Shown here: piece by piece, positions 1 to 12,560 of the stretch | Position numbering within the stretch: the stretch's first letter is position 1 | Layout: every line of letters starts with the position of its first letter | Assembly: GCA_030141605.1 (NCBI GenBank) | Contig: JAQGDQ010000056.1 | Span: 62,001-126,000 of the forward strand | Reading direction: 5' to 3' | DNA: 64,000 nt | Source: Tubiluchus corallicola | Lineage: Eukaryota; Animalia; Priapulida | Made by a program: the position numbers and the translations under genes | Notes under the pieces: generated by a model | What the model was told of the DNA's origin: nothing | The model's input: only the letters and a program-made list of their open reading frames with translations | The model's database searches: none

Positions 1-2259
1 GACGTAAAGTGGTAGAGATGTTGCGTGTGTGATTTGCTTGTCACAATTCTGTGCAATCAATTTTGCATCCTTTTTGAACAAAGCCGGTAAACAGGTTCTA
101 ATCGTGTTAAAATTAAAAATAGGGTCTACGTTACGACAAGCCGAGTAGTGTGTCTGCAAACAAGTGCTAGCGGTTATGTCATCTAGCTCGAAATAGCGTA
201 TTTCATCTTTTGTAGCCGATAAATATTTTGTAAACAATTTAAATGAGAAATAAGAAAGCTGCGTAAGATTTGTAATTTGTATAATTCAAAAACGCAGAGT
301 GAGCTTTCTCTGCTTGCGAAACTTACCGAGAAAGTTCTGGTTTCGAGGCTCTGAAAGAATAGCATCAAGAAATTTTAATAGTCGTTCATTGATGATTGAA
401 TTAAAAACTTTGCCAAGACATGAAGTTACTGAGAATTTTTAGGATAATCTAGTGTTCCTCTTAAATATGGTATTCATAATGCTCTTAGACCAGTTCTCTG
501 GACATTTGCCCTTTTCTAATACTGAATTCATCCATTTAATTAATGGCCTGGCAAGTATATCTATTGCAGTATTAACATTTTCAGATTCCAAGTTTTTTCG
601 TTTAGAACATATGGCATTTAAACTCTAGTGACTTTTATGTTATTATATATTGTACCCTATTTGTGCATTTGTGTAAGAGACTTAGTTACAAATTGCTGTA
701 ATGAAACCCTATTACGTATGTAATTTTGGGAGTTTATATATTATATGAAGAATGTTTATCGTCAATTTTTTGTTGACTCCTATATCAAATATTTGTTGTT
801 TAGCAAAGTAACTAGAATTTCTGCTTTCAATTTCAGAAAGCAATTGTAAAGCAGTTTAAGTAAGTAATTGTTGCCATATGTGTTATAATGCTTTTAACAT
901 TTACCCAATTGTTACTTCTACATAAGTTTACTATAACTGTCACGAGCTCTATATTTTAACCTTTCATTTCACGTTTATTATAGCGCTTTGTCACATGGCG
1001 AACTTTATTGCAAGTTTATGTTACTGGTTGAATCTTTGATGAACATATATTGTTTTTGTATTATTGGAAGAATAAAATGTTTATAATACATGTATTAGCG
1101 CTAATGGGAATGATAACATTTTGTGCAATGTTTTGAAGTCCAAAGATTTTTTGGAAAACTTAGATTTTCAGTGTAAATATACGATTCGTTTTAAGACCTG
1201 AATTGAGCACAAAGGTCAATGTGGTCCAGTAATCAGAACTTATCAGATCGTTCGAATGTAAATAATAACTACAGGAGGCAATATACATATTAAAACAATG
1301 CAGAAAGCGGTTCATCACAGAACAGTGACAAGTATATTGACACAAGATAATAATAGATAAATGAAAATAAGTCATTATTCATTTTGTGCCTTGGCGTTTA
1401 ATGGGCTAACTAGGTTAATTATGTTCATTTTTTCAACATACGATATGAAGTTCAACCATACCGAGTAAAAATTGTAGGAAAGTTATTAGTGTATCTAAAA
1501 TGTTTAAACCAAATCATATTGAATTTGTTTCGCTGCTAATACTTCTGGTGATTATTGCGAATAATTTTCAACTATAATAAATATTATTTACAGGGAAAAA
1601 GTAAAATTAAATAATGTGATTAATAATTATAACAATAATTATGCGGTCTATATTCTTCTCACATAACAATCTTCACAATTCACAAGCTCGTGTAGTAGAT
1701 GTCTGCTACATAGTTTGTTATAAAAATTCCTTCTTGTTCCAAATGGCAGTATTGTCAAAAGTGCGACAGGCACATATTATGCCTAATAATTATCCAAACC
1801 TGTTAAAACGAAGAAAAATTAAAAATAAAACTGCTGAACAAAATTTACAAGAAAACAAGTGTTTGTATTGAGCAGATAGTTTGCGTTTCTGTAGCTAATC
1901 GCATTACTTGAGATATGTGCGGGAAGCGACTGGCACAAAGCGCAAACGTTAATTTGTTTTATTGAGCTGCTTTTATTGTCAATTGATTACATGATGAGAA
2001 CGTATATTCGGGTTCAAACGAATTTAATAATAAAACTTTTGTACAACCAGACACTGTTCACGTTGGACAACAATACTGGAGTGCGATGAATAATCGAGTT
2101 ACGTAGTTGTGTATGCTTGGCAGGTGAGGCTAGGCAATGCGGGCTTGTTCGGTGAATGGATAGGTGACTGTCAGTACTTGTTCTAGGTGGTTTCATCTGC
2201 CATACTGTCAGGGCATTGTTTACTGGATCTCAGCTTGCAGAATGCTAAGCCTCAAGGAG

Positions 2260-2533
2260 GGAAAATGTATAAACAATAATAATGATCCAAATATAATGAT
2301 ACCACGGGCGATCATTTGTCTATATAAGATTATGGATATTAATGAAATATGTCCCGTCCTGCTTGCGACCACCACCATCATCAAGTAGGCCAAGCCAATC
2401 ACAGCGAGAGAAAATGTATATGCTTCTAAATGTTATAATTATACCACTGGCGATCCTTTGCTTATAGAGGATTATGAATAATAATAAGATATGTCCAATC
2501 CTGCTGCGACCATCATCATCAAATGGGCCAGGC
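2260..2533. repeat. Diverged tandem duplication, two units of about 140-150 bp
   Basis: Both units read gaaaatgtata...tataat.ataccac.ggcgatc.tttg...gattatg.ata.taat...atatgtcc..tcctgct.gcgacca.ca.catcaa.t.ggcca.gc, starting near 2260 and 2410. Confidence 0.8.
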
Positions 2534-5087
2534 TACTTTTTGCTGGAACCCACCTTGCAGATGCCAAGCTCAGTTCTTCTAAGTAAAAGACGAAAGCAAA
2601 ATTTTAAAAGAATAAAGTTCCTGTATTATCTTGTATTCTCAAGAGCTTTACAGTAACGACTCTACAAAGCATTGTAACATACAGCTCTGATAAGATTATA
2701 ACTTATAATTTTATTTCATGTTTTAGCTGCCTTCAAAATGACGTAATAGCACTAAAGTATTTAATGCAAGGACTTGTAACAACACCAAACATAACTAAAG
2801 CACCATTGCTGTAAATATCCACTTTATCACCATAATTCATAAAGCAGCACTTGGATTTTCCATGTAGTGTATATCTTAGAAAAGTGGACTCATCTGCATA
2901 TACCAAGACAGTTCTGTGTTTAAGCATTACCCTTTTCAATTATTTGCACAACACAGTGATTTTGAAAGAAAACAGAAAAGAACAAAAATGCTCTGTGTAA
3001 ATACAAGAAAATTGCAAGAGAAGTACATCAAGTACAAGCTCTAAATGACTAACAAATATAACCTTGCATGTGAAAAATAGTAAAATGAATACAAACACTG
3101 CCCCCCCCCCCGACACACACACACACAAAGCCAGGAGTAAGCTGCATTTAGACACAGAAGAAGACTGTTTCAAATTGTTTGCTCTTATCCATTGATAGAA
3201 ACTCACCATGGAATATACACAAAGTGCATTAAACTTTTTGCACTTCAAATTAAATTGGCTACTTAAGACAGAAAATGGCAATATAGAATACATGTAAACT
3301 ATCCCAGGTGTCTTTTTACTGCAGCTATATACAAAAACAGAATACCTCAAAGTGAAGTTTTCTGCAAGTTGACAGCGTTTCCAGAAGAGAAGGTTAGAGC
3401 AGAGTTTTATTCAGTTGAAAGGTTTAACGTTTTTCCATGTTACGACTTTTTCACAGTTCAGATAAAGAAGATTGTTCAGGACACAGTCTATACTGCAGAG
3501 TGCTAGTGTCACCATCTACTAAAGTTAATTCTGAATTAAGGAAAGCCGGTGTGCCTTTAAATGTAGAAAGCTACAATCAAGTAATACACAACTAATACAC
3601 ATATGTACACAACTAAAACGCGAAAGTCAACATTACAGAAATTAAGATATAAATTACTGTACACTTTAGCTAAAATAACAAAATACATAAAACAATGGAG
3701 TGCATATCATTGGAGCTAACAATGGCATAATACATCATTTGAACATCCATTTCTGCATTGCAGTATTTATCAAAACTACACTTTTAGGGCATTGCATATA
3801 GAAAACATAAACTAAACATGTAATTCAATTCAGTATAACTCTTATAACTACTCATTACATTTTACAGAGAAGGTGGTATATCCTGTGTAAGGTGTTTAAC
3901 TATATATGGTGTATACATACTTAGCAACTTAAATAGATTAAAAATACTTTTAAAACTAACCCCTTATATTTGTATATAATCCATTAAAGAGTTTTACCTG
4001 CAGGCTGCAATACAGCAATTCCGTTTTAAGCATACTGCAGTTACTACCTATCTCTTAATTTTACAGTTCAGTACCAATTGTGAAAATTATTCAAGCACAG
4101 CTCTTCAAAACAAATTCAAAATGAGCATTAAAATAAAAAATGCAAAATTCAGAAAACGGCTTTTTTTCCAAACAGCCTAAGTTTAGGTAGACTAAGCCAC
4201 GTGAAAGCTAGTAAAAGTCACACATGAACTTAAATTTATTAGAAAAATATAACTGTCTCAATTCCAAGACTCAGACACATGAGAAAGAGCAGATGATGAG
4301 ACTGGGCCAATGTTTACAGAATCAGTCCATTATTATTTAACCTAGCTGAAAAAGCTAATTCCCAACAATAAGTTAGCGTTAACGTAAATGTAATTGACTC
4401 CCATTTTACAGAAAGTTGTATAAGTTAATTAATGTATCTAACGTAATTAGCTAGTTAATTACTTCTGGCAAACAAACAATGTAACAACACAATATAATGC
4501 ACAGATAATAATGGAAAACAGATATCTTATTCATTATCAAATGAACTAATATAATATTTCATGAAAGAATAAAAATTTAACAATTGAAATCTCAGCATCA
4601 AACTAGCAGCAAAAAAAGTCGTACTTACTCAATAATAGGAAATAAAGATGAGAGTGTCATACAACAATATTTAAAATAGCATTACATGAGGTGACAAAAA
4701 CACTTAAAAATACCAAGGATAGACAATTACGCCTAACACTGATTCTGTGTAGTTTTAAAGTGTCGTGAAAATAATATCTATACACTAATTGTTCTATAGC
4801 ATAGTCATATATACCATTATCTGGTTAAGTCACAAGATGTAAATTTGAGCACTACTCTTGTACTTTACTGTAGCATATATGGTAAAAAGTGTTGCTAAAG
4901 TGCTGTATATCAACAGGCATACATAAAATAAATACAATTAAATATGCATTTGAAGCCAATATACATATATAACAAAACACTCAAAACTCAACTTAAGTAG
5001 CTGCCAAAAAGCATTCTCACCTACTAAATTACAAACACACTAATTTCAGACTCAACAAACAAGGAATGCAAAAAAAATAAATTTGCC

Positions 5088-7781
5088 TTATTTTTTAAAA
5101 TCTTCTGTTACTGTTACCATTTTGTCATTGTAAACTCGCAGGATAGCCTCACACACAAACTTATATTGGCCACTGGTCTGTATTAGCATGGGCCTTTGAT
5201 CACGCATTGACATGACAATATCAAGGGGATATATAGGTTCATTTGTTTCAATCAAGCACATTGCTGTTTCCATGGTAATTAGCACACCTGTCCGTCCAAT
5301 ACCTGCGCTGCAATGAACAACAGTAGGCTCCACCATACCAAGCCTGTTTTTGCGAACCTTTTTAACAAATTCAATAAAGTCATAGCTATCACCAGGGACG
5401 CCATGATCAGGCCACGATATATACTGCATCTGTACGATGTGCCTTTCTTCGCCGCTTTTCTCTAAATGAACAAGGGCAAACTCACGGAAAGCAAACGAAG
5501 GTGTTTCTTCTTCCTTTAAACACGTTACTTGCAAGAGGCCATAGTCGACCGTTTCATATAAATCTGGCCAATACTGATGACACTTCACCCGCCCTCTTTC
5601 CACAGTGGCTGTTAACATAACTATTAGTGAACTTTGCTGCTCCCACACCATTTGCCAGAAATCTGAGCAAGTGTTGGGCAATGGTCCCTGTGCCGCAATA
5701 TATCTGTTAACAATACCAGATATTGGTATTTCCATATTGACAAAACTAGCATTAATGTAGCTGCTGGTAGATGTTTTTTGTAAGCAAACTCTGGTCTGGT
5801 CGTATGGTGACACATCCCTGTAACGATTTTTAGTCACATTGTCACCAGTCATTGCGTCATTCATTGCCAAGCCAGGCTTTCGCCGATAAAGTTGATCAAA
5901 CTGCTTTAAAGCAATGCCATTTTCTAAAGTTTCAGATAAAATTCTTAATGACTGCGGAAGGCGATCCCACAAAGGCACATTTTTTGGCACACGGCGTATC
6001 TCTGGAACAGCGTGCACTAAGTCTGCATTATCATCTTCTCCTAAATATACATTTGGTCTAACTGTCAGAACCAATCCAGTAGGATGGCTAGCTGAAGAGC
6101 GGATAAAGGAAACCACTTGGTCATGGCCCATATCTGTGATTTCTCTCCCGTTTATCATCAAGACTTGGTCACCTTCATTAAGTCGTGGCAAACAGATGTC
6201 AGCAGGCATATTCGGCGCAACTCGAGATACTATTACAGGCATACTTTGATCACATCCACCTTTGACATTAAAACCAAACCTACCCCTATCATCTGGCTTC
6301 ATGTGGATGATAACTAAGTTTTCAGTGCCATTCACAGTGTTTGTATCCACATAGCCTCGATCACTTGTACATGATTTATGATCTGTAAAAGGATCACGGA
6401 CTCCTAAGCCAATAGAGTTAGGTCTTGGTAGTTTTTTTGCTTGTTCTTTAGCAAACTCTTGGTGGTCTAATCTGTGCCCATTATCTGTGCTCCATGCTTT
6501 TTTTGGACGAATATAACTATTTACACCAGCTAGCGATATTTTGTTATTATAACTTTCGTATGGACGGATAAAAGCAGCAGTGTTCCTTCCGTTGGTTGGA
6601 ACTAGTCTATCCTTATTTGCTGGTATATTGTTACAGCCATCAGATGTTTTTTCCTCTATTATAACATCTGTTGTATGACCACCAACTGTTCTACGGGCAT
6701 AACGTTTACTCGGGGCTCTGTCAAATGGTCGCTCTGCTGCACGCATACCATCATTTAGAGCTTGCAACTCCGTTTTTCCACTGTACCGTAATTGCGATCC
6801 AAAATACGGCATAAGTCGACGAGTTGGCGGTTTTGGCACGTGCAATCTAAAGAAAGTGTGATGTTCAACACAGGCTTTCCATAGCTCTTTGCAAGACCTA
6901 CAATTCACAATATTGAACACAATCAAACAGGCTGTTACCTCACCCACGTCTTTCCGCAACTGAATAAAAAACTGTTTGCGTTTAAATGAAATTTTAATGA
7001 TTTTTGACCAAGAGAACGTATTAATCTTCACGTTATTTTGAAACACAACCAATCCAACAGCAGTTACACCAAGTTTGACCTCAGTGCCACTATTTTCTCG
7101 TGCTTGATGCAGTTCTACACCATACATATCCAAAAGCTTGGCTTGGTCCAAATAATTGAACTCTGCATCTGCTGGCATTTGGCCTACATGTTGCTTGTGA
7201 AGGAGCTCAACTTCACGTTCAAATTCTTCTGTTTGATTAGGGACAAACCGGAATTCAGACAGATAACCAGAACCATGATCCTCAATATTGTAGTCACCCA
7301 ATTCACTCTGAACAGCATAGCTGGCAAGAAGCACAGCCATGCTATGCGAAACTACTAATCGACCTTCCAAAATGTCCTTCTTCAGCTGCAAAAAGAAGAA
7401 GTAACGTGTGTATTCTTCTTGAAGTTTGCTAGGCTCAGAGACGTAGAATTTTACTCTGAAATAAAACCAGTATGGCTCGCGACATTTAACTTGCTTAGCA
7501 ATTTTTTTATCAGCACTGAGCCATCGTACCGAATCGGGAGCTGGGCAATCGATATACTGTAAACCAAAGTAATCTCTTTCGATTAAATCCAAGTGCTGAA
7601 AAACACTGTCCAGAAGAGTTTGACCTTTCGCACTTCTTTCTATTTGGAATGTATGCTGCGTGTTATCTAAGAAACACACACTACATGTGAGGGTCCGGTC
7701 TGGCCGTTGGTAATGCCGTGCCAATTCTGACTCTCGGACATTATACGTGCCACTTGAAGCTCGTAGCCGAGTCAGTGACAT
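5088..7781 (-). CDS. PTPN4: Non-receptor protein tyrosine phosphatase, PTPN4/PTPN3 (PTP-MEG) type: FERM, FERM-adjacent, PDZ and PTP domains; single coding exon
   Basis: 897-aa uninterrupted ORF. N-terminus (GTYNVRESELAR) resembles PTPN4. FERM motifs (DYFGLQY, FRVKFY, LDMYGV, LWKACVEHHTFFRL), PDZ (GRFGFNVKGG) and intact catalytic motifs KNRYRDV, WPDHGVP, VHCSAGIGRTG and IQTSGQY are present. In invertebrates this is likely the co-ortholog of PTPN3 and PTPN4. Confidence 0.95.
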   Translation of the reverse strand: MSLTRLRASSGTYNVRESELARHYQRPDRTLTCSVCFLDNTQHTFQIERSAKGQTLLDSVFQHLDLIERDYFGLQYIDCPAPDSVRWLSADKKIAKQVKCREPYWFYFRVKFYVSEPSKLQEEYTRYFFFLQLKKDILEGRLVVSHSMAVLLASYAVQSELGDYNIEDHGSGYLSEFRFVPNQTEEFEREVELLHKQHVGQMPADAEFNYLDQAKLLDMYGVELHQARENSGTEVKLGVTAVGLVVFQNNVKINTFSWSKIIKISFKRKQFFIQLRKDVGEVTACLIVFNIVNCRSCKELWKACVEHHTFFRLHVPKPPTRRLMPYFGSQLRYSGKTELQALNDGMRAAERPFDRAPSKRYARRTVGGHTTDVIIEEKTSDGCNNIPANKDRLVPTNGRNTAAFIRPYESYNNKISLAGVNSYIRPKKAWSTDNGHRLDHQEFAKEQAKKLPRPNSIGLGVRDPFTDHKSCTSDRGYVDTNTVNGTENLVIIHMKPDDRGRFGFNVKGGCDQSMPVIVSRVAPNMPADICLPRLNEGDQVLMINGREITDMGHDQVVSFIRSSASHPTGLVLTVRPNVYLGEDDNADLVHAVPEIRRVPKNVPLWDRLPQSLRILSETLENGIALKQFDQLYRRKPGLAMNDAMTGDNVTKNRYRDVSPYDQTRVCLQKTSTSSYINASFVNMEIPISGIVNRYIAAQGPLPNTCSDFWQMVWEQQSSLIVMLTATVERGRVKCHQYWPDLYETVDYGLLQVTCLKEEETPSFAFREFALVHLEKSGEERHIVQMQYISWPDHGVPGDSYDFIEFVKKVRKNRLGMVEPTVVHCSAGIGRTGVLITMETAMCLIETNEPIYPLDIVMSMRDQRPMLIQTSGQYKFVCEAILRVYNDKMVTVTEDFKK

Positions 7782-9493
7782 TTTGCTAAGTTAGTCACTA
7801 TGGATAAATAGCATTGCATCACCTGCAAACAAAATATTTTTATGCTGTTAATTATTACTTTTTAAGAACTTGTATTTATGGAGTTTCTGGTACTGAAAAT
7901 GCAAAATATTGATATTGTACCTGCCATCTGCCTTTTTTACAAAATCCAGGGAAATAAAACTACAAAACACAGAAATGCAGTAAAGAGCATTTCTGATCAC
8001 CTTTCAGCTAGGTTGATGCTTAAAAATGAATACTGCTGTCAAATTCTAACCGACAAGACACTGAAAATGAATCCTGAGCACAGCCTAAAAAAAATATTGT
8101 TAAGTCGACAATTTTTACCGCACACCTGGGAATTTTATAATTTTTTGGTACATTCATATGTACCTGACGTTCATATAAAAGCAAATATTTTTAAATTTAA
8201 AACGTAAAACACAATCACTGTTTCAGCAAGGATGCAGTCTTATTTTTCTACGGCTAACTCACGCATTTTGCCATAGTTCTAAAAAGAAGTGTGCGCTTCT
8301 TTGTTTTGCAAAACGGGCTACCTAACTTTTTCCATAAATGTATGTTTTTACTGAAAACAAGCTCTTGCCGCCGAGGGCTCTCAGTCTTAACTATATCTAA
8401 CTGGGATTTTGAGACATGTTTCAAACTGAATTGACAATAATTGATCAGTCTACTAAATACAAGTCTTACAGTGATCATACAAAATGCCCATGGTTTTCCA
8501 TAATCTACATTTTCCTGAATTGTCCTATTAAAGGAAAACCGGACGATTGTGTAGATGTTACTTCAAAATAAAGTATGCTTTAAAATACCGAGAATTACAA
8601 CAGCTTTTCTTAAATAAAAGCTTTCATTAAATAATAATTACTCAGGTGTTAAATTTTGTTAAACTTTCAAAGTCACACGTGGCTCAGCAAGACTGGCAAT
8701 GGCGCCTTTTTGTCATATTTGCGTGGCTGACAAATAGGCATGGTACTGTGATAAGCATGATCACGAACTGCCATGTTCGTCTGTGACTGTAGAGCTCATT
8801 TTCCTGACATCACAACAGCTTACGCAAAAGTACTTGACGTGCAGGGAAAATGCTTACCATTGCAGAAACTGTGGTTAGTTTGTGAAATAAGCAATAGCTG
8901 AGTTCGGTTGCCCTTAATTAACTTTCCAAGGTAATTATTCAAATATCAGAAACAATTGCTAACTTTTATAGGCAAGAAAACGTATATTTTGGACAGTAAA
9001 TTAAATGAGTCTAATCAATCATCTGGTTTTCCCTTAGTTTTGTCAAAAACGATTTGCTTTAGTTACATCTGTAATGTTGTAACAATGAGGTATTTCTCTT
9101 CCTTATTTTACTGACATAATAATTTCACGTTTAATATTTTTCATCTAATAGTGACATTTAAAACAAATACAGCAAGCATTTTTTCACATAACGATGGAAT
9201 GAATAGCTTTTCATTAGTCAGTTTTGGTTCGCATTTTAAGATTTATATTGGCTGGACGGCTTAGCCTTTAAGTTTTTTGCGTCAAAAAGTAGGTGGTATG
9301 AAATTGTAATAGCGCCAGGGGGCTTAATGTTTACAATTGACTTTCGGTTATATGTATTAGTTAATAATGGGGCAAATTCCCACCAAACACAACCAAACTG
9401 ACAATGTAATAAATTATAATTTTGCAATCTGTCAAGTGGGTAACGGCAACATCCTAAGACTAGTCGGAAAGAGAAGAAAAACTCATAACTTAC

Positions 9494-9650
9494 CTGACAT
9501 TCGAGTTATCGAGAAAAACTATAAAAGTTTTACTAAAATGTAAAAATGCATATAATGGAGTTAATACTACACCAGCGTAGTGTCCACTCCATAGACGGTC
9601 CAGTCGTTCAGTTCACTTCCTCCACGCAAAATCTCAAAACCTGACAACCG
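9494..9650 (-). other. Putative non-coding first exon of the PTPN4-like gene; 5' UTR intron 7823-9493
   Basis: Acceptor tttgtttgcag at 7823, 41 nt upstream of the ATG. Consensus donor CAG|GTAAGT at 9493. The surrounding sequence is relatively CpG-rich. The upstream boundary is a guess. Confidence 0.55.
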
Positions 9651-10153
9651 AAAACAATAGTTTAAGAAATTCCGCTAGGTGCGCTAAGTTTCATTGTATC
9701 ACAGGCACTCTCACAGCATACAAGTAGTAAGCACTAATAGTCACTAATAGTCTAATATGTAACAAAAATAATCAGTTCTTCGGTATTTAATAGGTAGATC
9801 GGCACTAGGGCCTACATCTCGGAAACGCATTACACAAAAAAAAAACAGGTGTTGTACAGCTCAGTTCAGACATGACGTAGTGCTCGAGAGCTCATGCTTG
9901 AACAGAGCGGTAAATTTGAATTTAAACAGAAAATTTGCCGAGTTTTTCTATATCATACTGAATTTACACTGTACTAAAGTTTTCGCTTTCACAAATACCT
10001 GTAACACACTTACAGAATGTTTGTGGTCTTGAAAATTATGTTCATTTGTGATGTCATGATTGTCTTTACCCAAGTCATGCTCGACTACCATTAATTAAGT
10101 TTCTAACTGATTAATTAATTATCAGAAATTCTTTGGCATTATTATAGGTGTTA

Positions 10154-10189
<36 letters not shown>

Positions 10190-11326
10190 TTTATTTATTT
10201 AATGTTTAAAGTAGGGTATGATATGAGAATTCCACCTTACAACTGTGTTTCAAAATAAGTTACATAGTACATAATTAAATTACTTACTAAAGAAAGGTTC
10301 TCCTCTTCATCAATAAATTGTGTTGGCACATTAATTTTCCATTTTGCCATCTGCGATGATGATGATCACCATCACCACCAAATGCCCCTCAGTTACGTCT
10401 ACTGGATGTTTAAACAAAACAGCAAAAACTAGCTATATCTATGATCTATTACAGCATACATAAAGTTGGATATTACCTTATAGCTCGCTTAATACATAAT
10501 AGCTGCACAAGGTTAATACTGATGGAAGTGTTAGCTGCAATAAATAGCCGATAGAGAAAAATGTGGAAGCGTTCACTCTGCATGCATTGTTGTGAGACGA
10601 AAATAGATTATTTTCCTCTCTAGCATGGCCCTCGTGTGTGGGGGCCAATTGGGAGAAATTGGTTATATTGGCTTTAAGACCGCCCCGGACGCAGGCTATC
10701 CATGCATTTTTTCAGATATTTATATTATATATTAGTTTTTCATTGCTGAATTATGCAACATTTAACTGTGATTTTTGTACCAGTATACTACATCTTAATA
10801 TTTATCTATAAAAGTAACTTTGCATAAAGCCTATTATGAATTTTTTTTGGTTTATGTAGTATTTGACATGTATATTATATTGCTTTGCCAATGTACATTG
10901 TATGTATTTGTGAAAATAAAATCAAATTGAAATATACATGCATACAGAAAAATCACTTTATACAACCTACTTACGGACTGCAGAAAAATTGGTGTTAGGT
11001 ATTGGTATTATAACGAGATGTGTTATGATGCAAATACAAGTGCATAGACAATTTGTTTTGCTAAAAATTTGACGATTTTTGTCTGTGTTTTCTAAAATGT
11101 TCATTGCATCAGTATAGCGATGCAATACCTAAAATTCTATAGCTGATAATAAAATCATACCTACGTCTTGGTTTTAAATAGAAAGACTTGACATATAAAG
11201 GTTTAACATATATATTTTTACTCTCTTACATAAATTTCCACAGTCAAAGTAAAACGAACAAGTGGCACAGTACAATGGTAGATTATTACAATATTTGTAA
11301 TGGCAACCTGTCATCAGGGTGATCAG

Positions 11327-12143
11327 CAGGGGTGAGCATCGAAAGTTCGAGAACATTCGAAACAAACGTTCAAGTTCAAACTTCAATGGTTGTATTCGAA
11401 GGAGTTTTTTTGAATTCGATTCTACCCTTAAATTGTGAATTCAAATCATTCAAAGCCACAGTTACCTTTGTTCTTTGTCATTAAAACATTTGAAATATCA
11501 ATACACTACTTTTTAACCAAATTTCATGATTATTAGTTTTTGCCATAGAAGAAAAGCAATAGCCATGATCATTGTGAGCTGCTGTAAACTGAAACGAAAA
11601 GATTTTGTGAGCTCGAGTGGCAATTATTTGGTCCATATTGGCAATGGTCAGCACTAAAGACCTGCAGTCTACATTGCGGGTCATACTGTTGCAATTTAGA
11701 AAATCCATAGTTTTTCTGTCTGTTAGCAAAATCATATACTTATTTGGTATTACTTAAGTTTAGTGTGTCATCAGAAGCAACTTGCAAGAGGTGCAGCAAA
11801 ACATACAATTTAAGACATTTGTCAACTAATTTCAAACATGTACATTGATCACTTAAAAATAGTAAGCGTCACTAGGTAGCTGTGCGCCAAACTATTTTTA
11901 GTGCGATCTTTAATTGTAGCCACACAAACCAATCAATATAGTCTTAATGGCATAGAGACCACGCTACATGCACGTACAGTCTCCGACCGTTATCTGAGAA
12001 CTAAACTGAGTTTTTTGCACACATTATTATTTTTATTACTGATTCTAAACTTATTCAAATTGACATTATATGCGGATTGAAAATTCGATACAATTTGAGT
12101 TTGAATACCAAAAATCTGTTTCTTTGGTAGTATTTGCTCTCTA
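11327..12143. mobile_element. Non-autonomous hAT-type DNA transposon (MITE), about 817 bp
   Basis: Ends CAGGGGTGAGCA...TGCTCTCTA, with subterminal TTCGAA-like repeats at both ends. Flanked by a near-perfect 8-bp TSD gtgatcag (11319-11326) / gtgttcag (12144-12151). Confidence 0.7.
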
Positions 12144-12150
12144 GTGTTCA

Positions 12151-12177
12151 GTGTGTGTGTGTGTGTGTGTGCGTGTG
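12151..12177. repeat. (GT)n microsatellite
   Basis: Direct inspection. Confidence 0.9.
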
Positions 12178-12560
12178 TTACTCAATTATCCCATTGCAAT
12201 GGTGTGCCTTCGTGTACAGAGCACAAGGCAAGTGAGCAGTAAATCAGGAAAATTCATAATACATATATTATGTGGTCAAAATTTCAAGCAGGATTTTTAA
12301 GAGAATTTTTAAAATTTTTCAACTTTATTAGTTCTGGATAATGACAATTACAGTATCAAGGCAATTATAATTCCTTTATATGAAGTACATCAGCTGCTAG
12401 AGAAATAACAGTTACAGAAAAGTTGCTTATGCTTTGCAACTTACAAACCAATTATAAAATTATTGTTTCAAGATATAAATAATAAGTTGTAAGACATCTT
12501 GTTACAAGTTAGTCTCTGTCACAGGCTACAGCAGACTTCGTGCTACTAATTTTTGAACTA

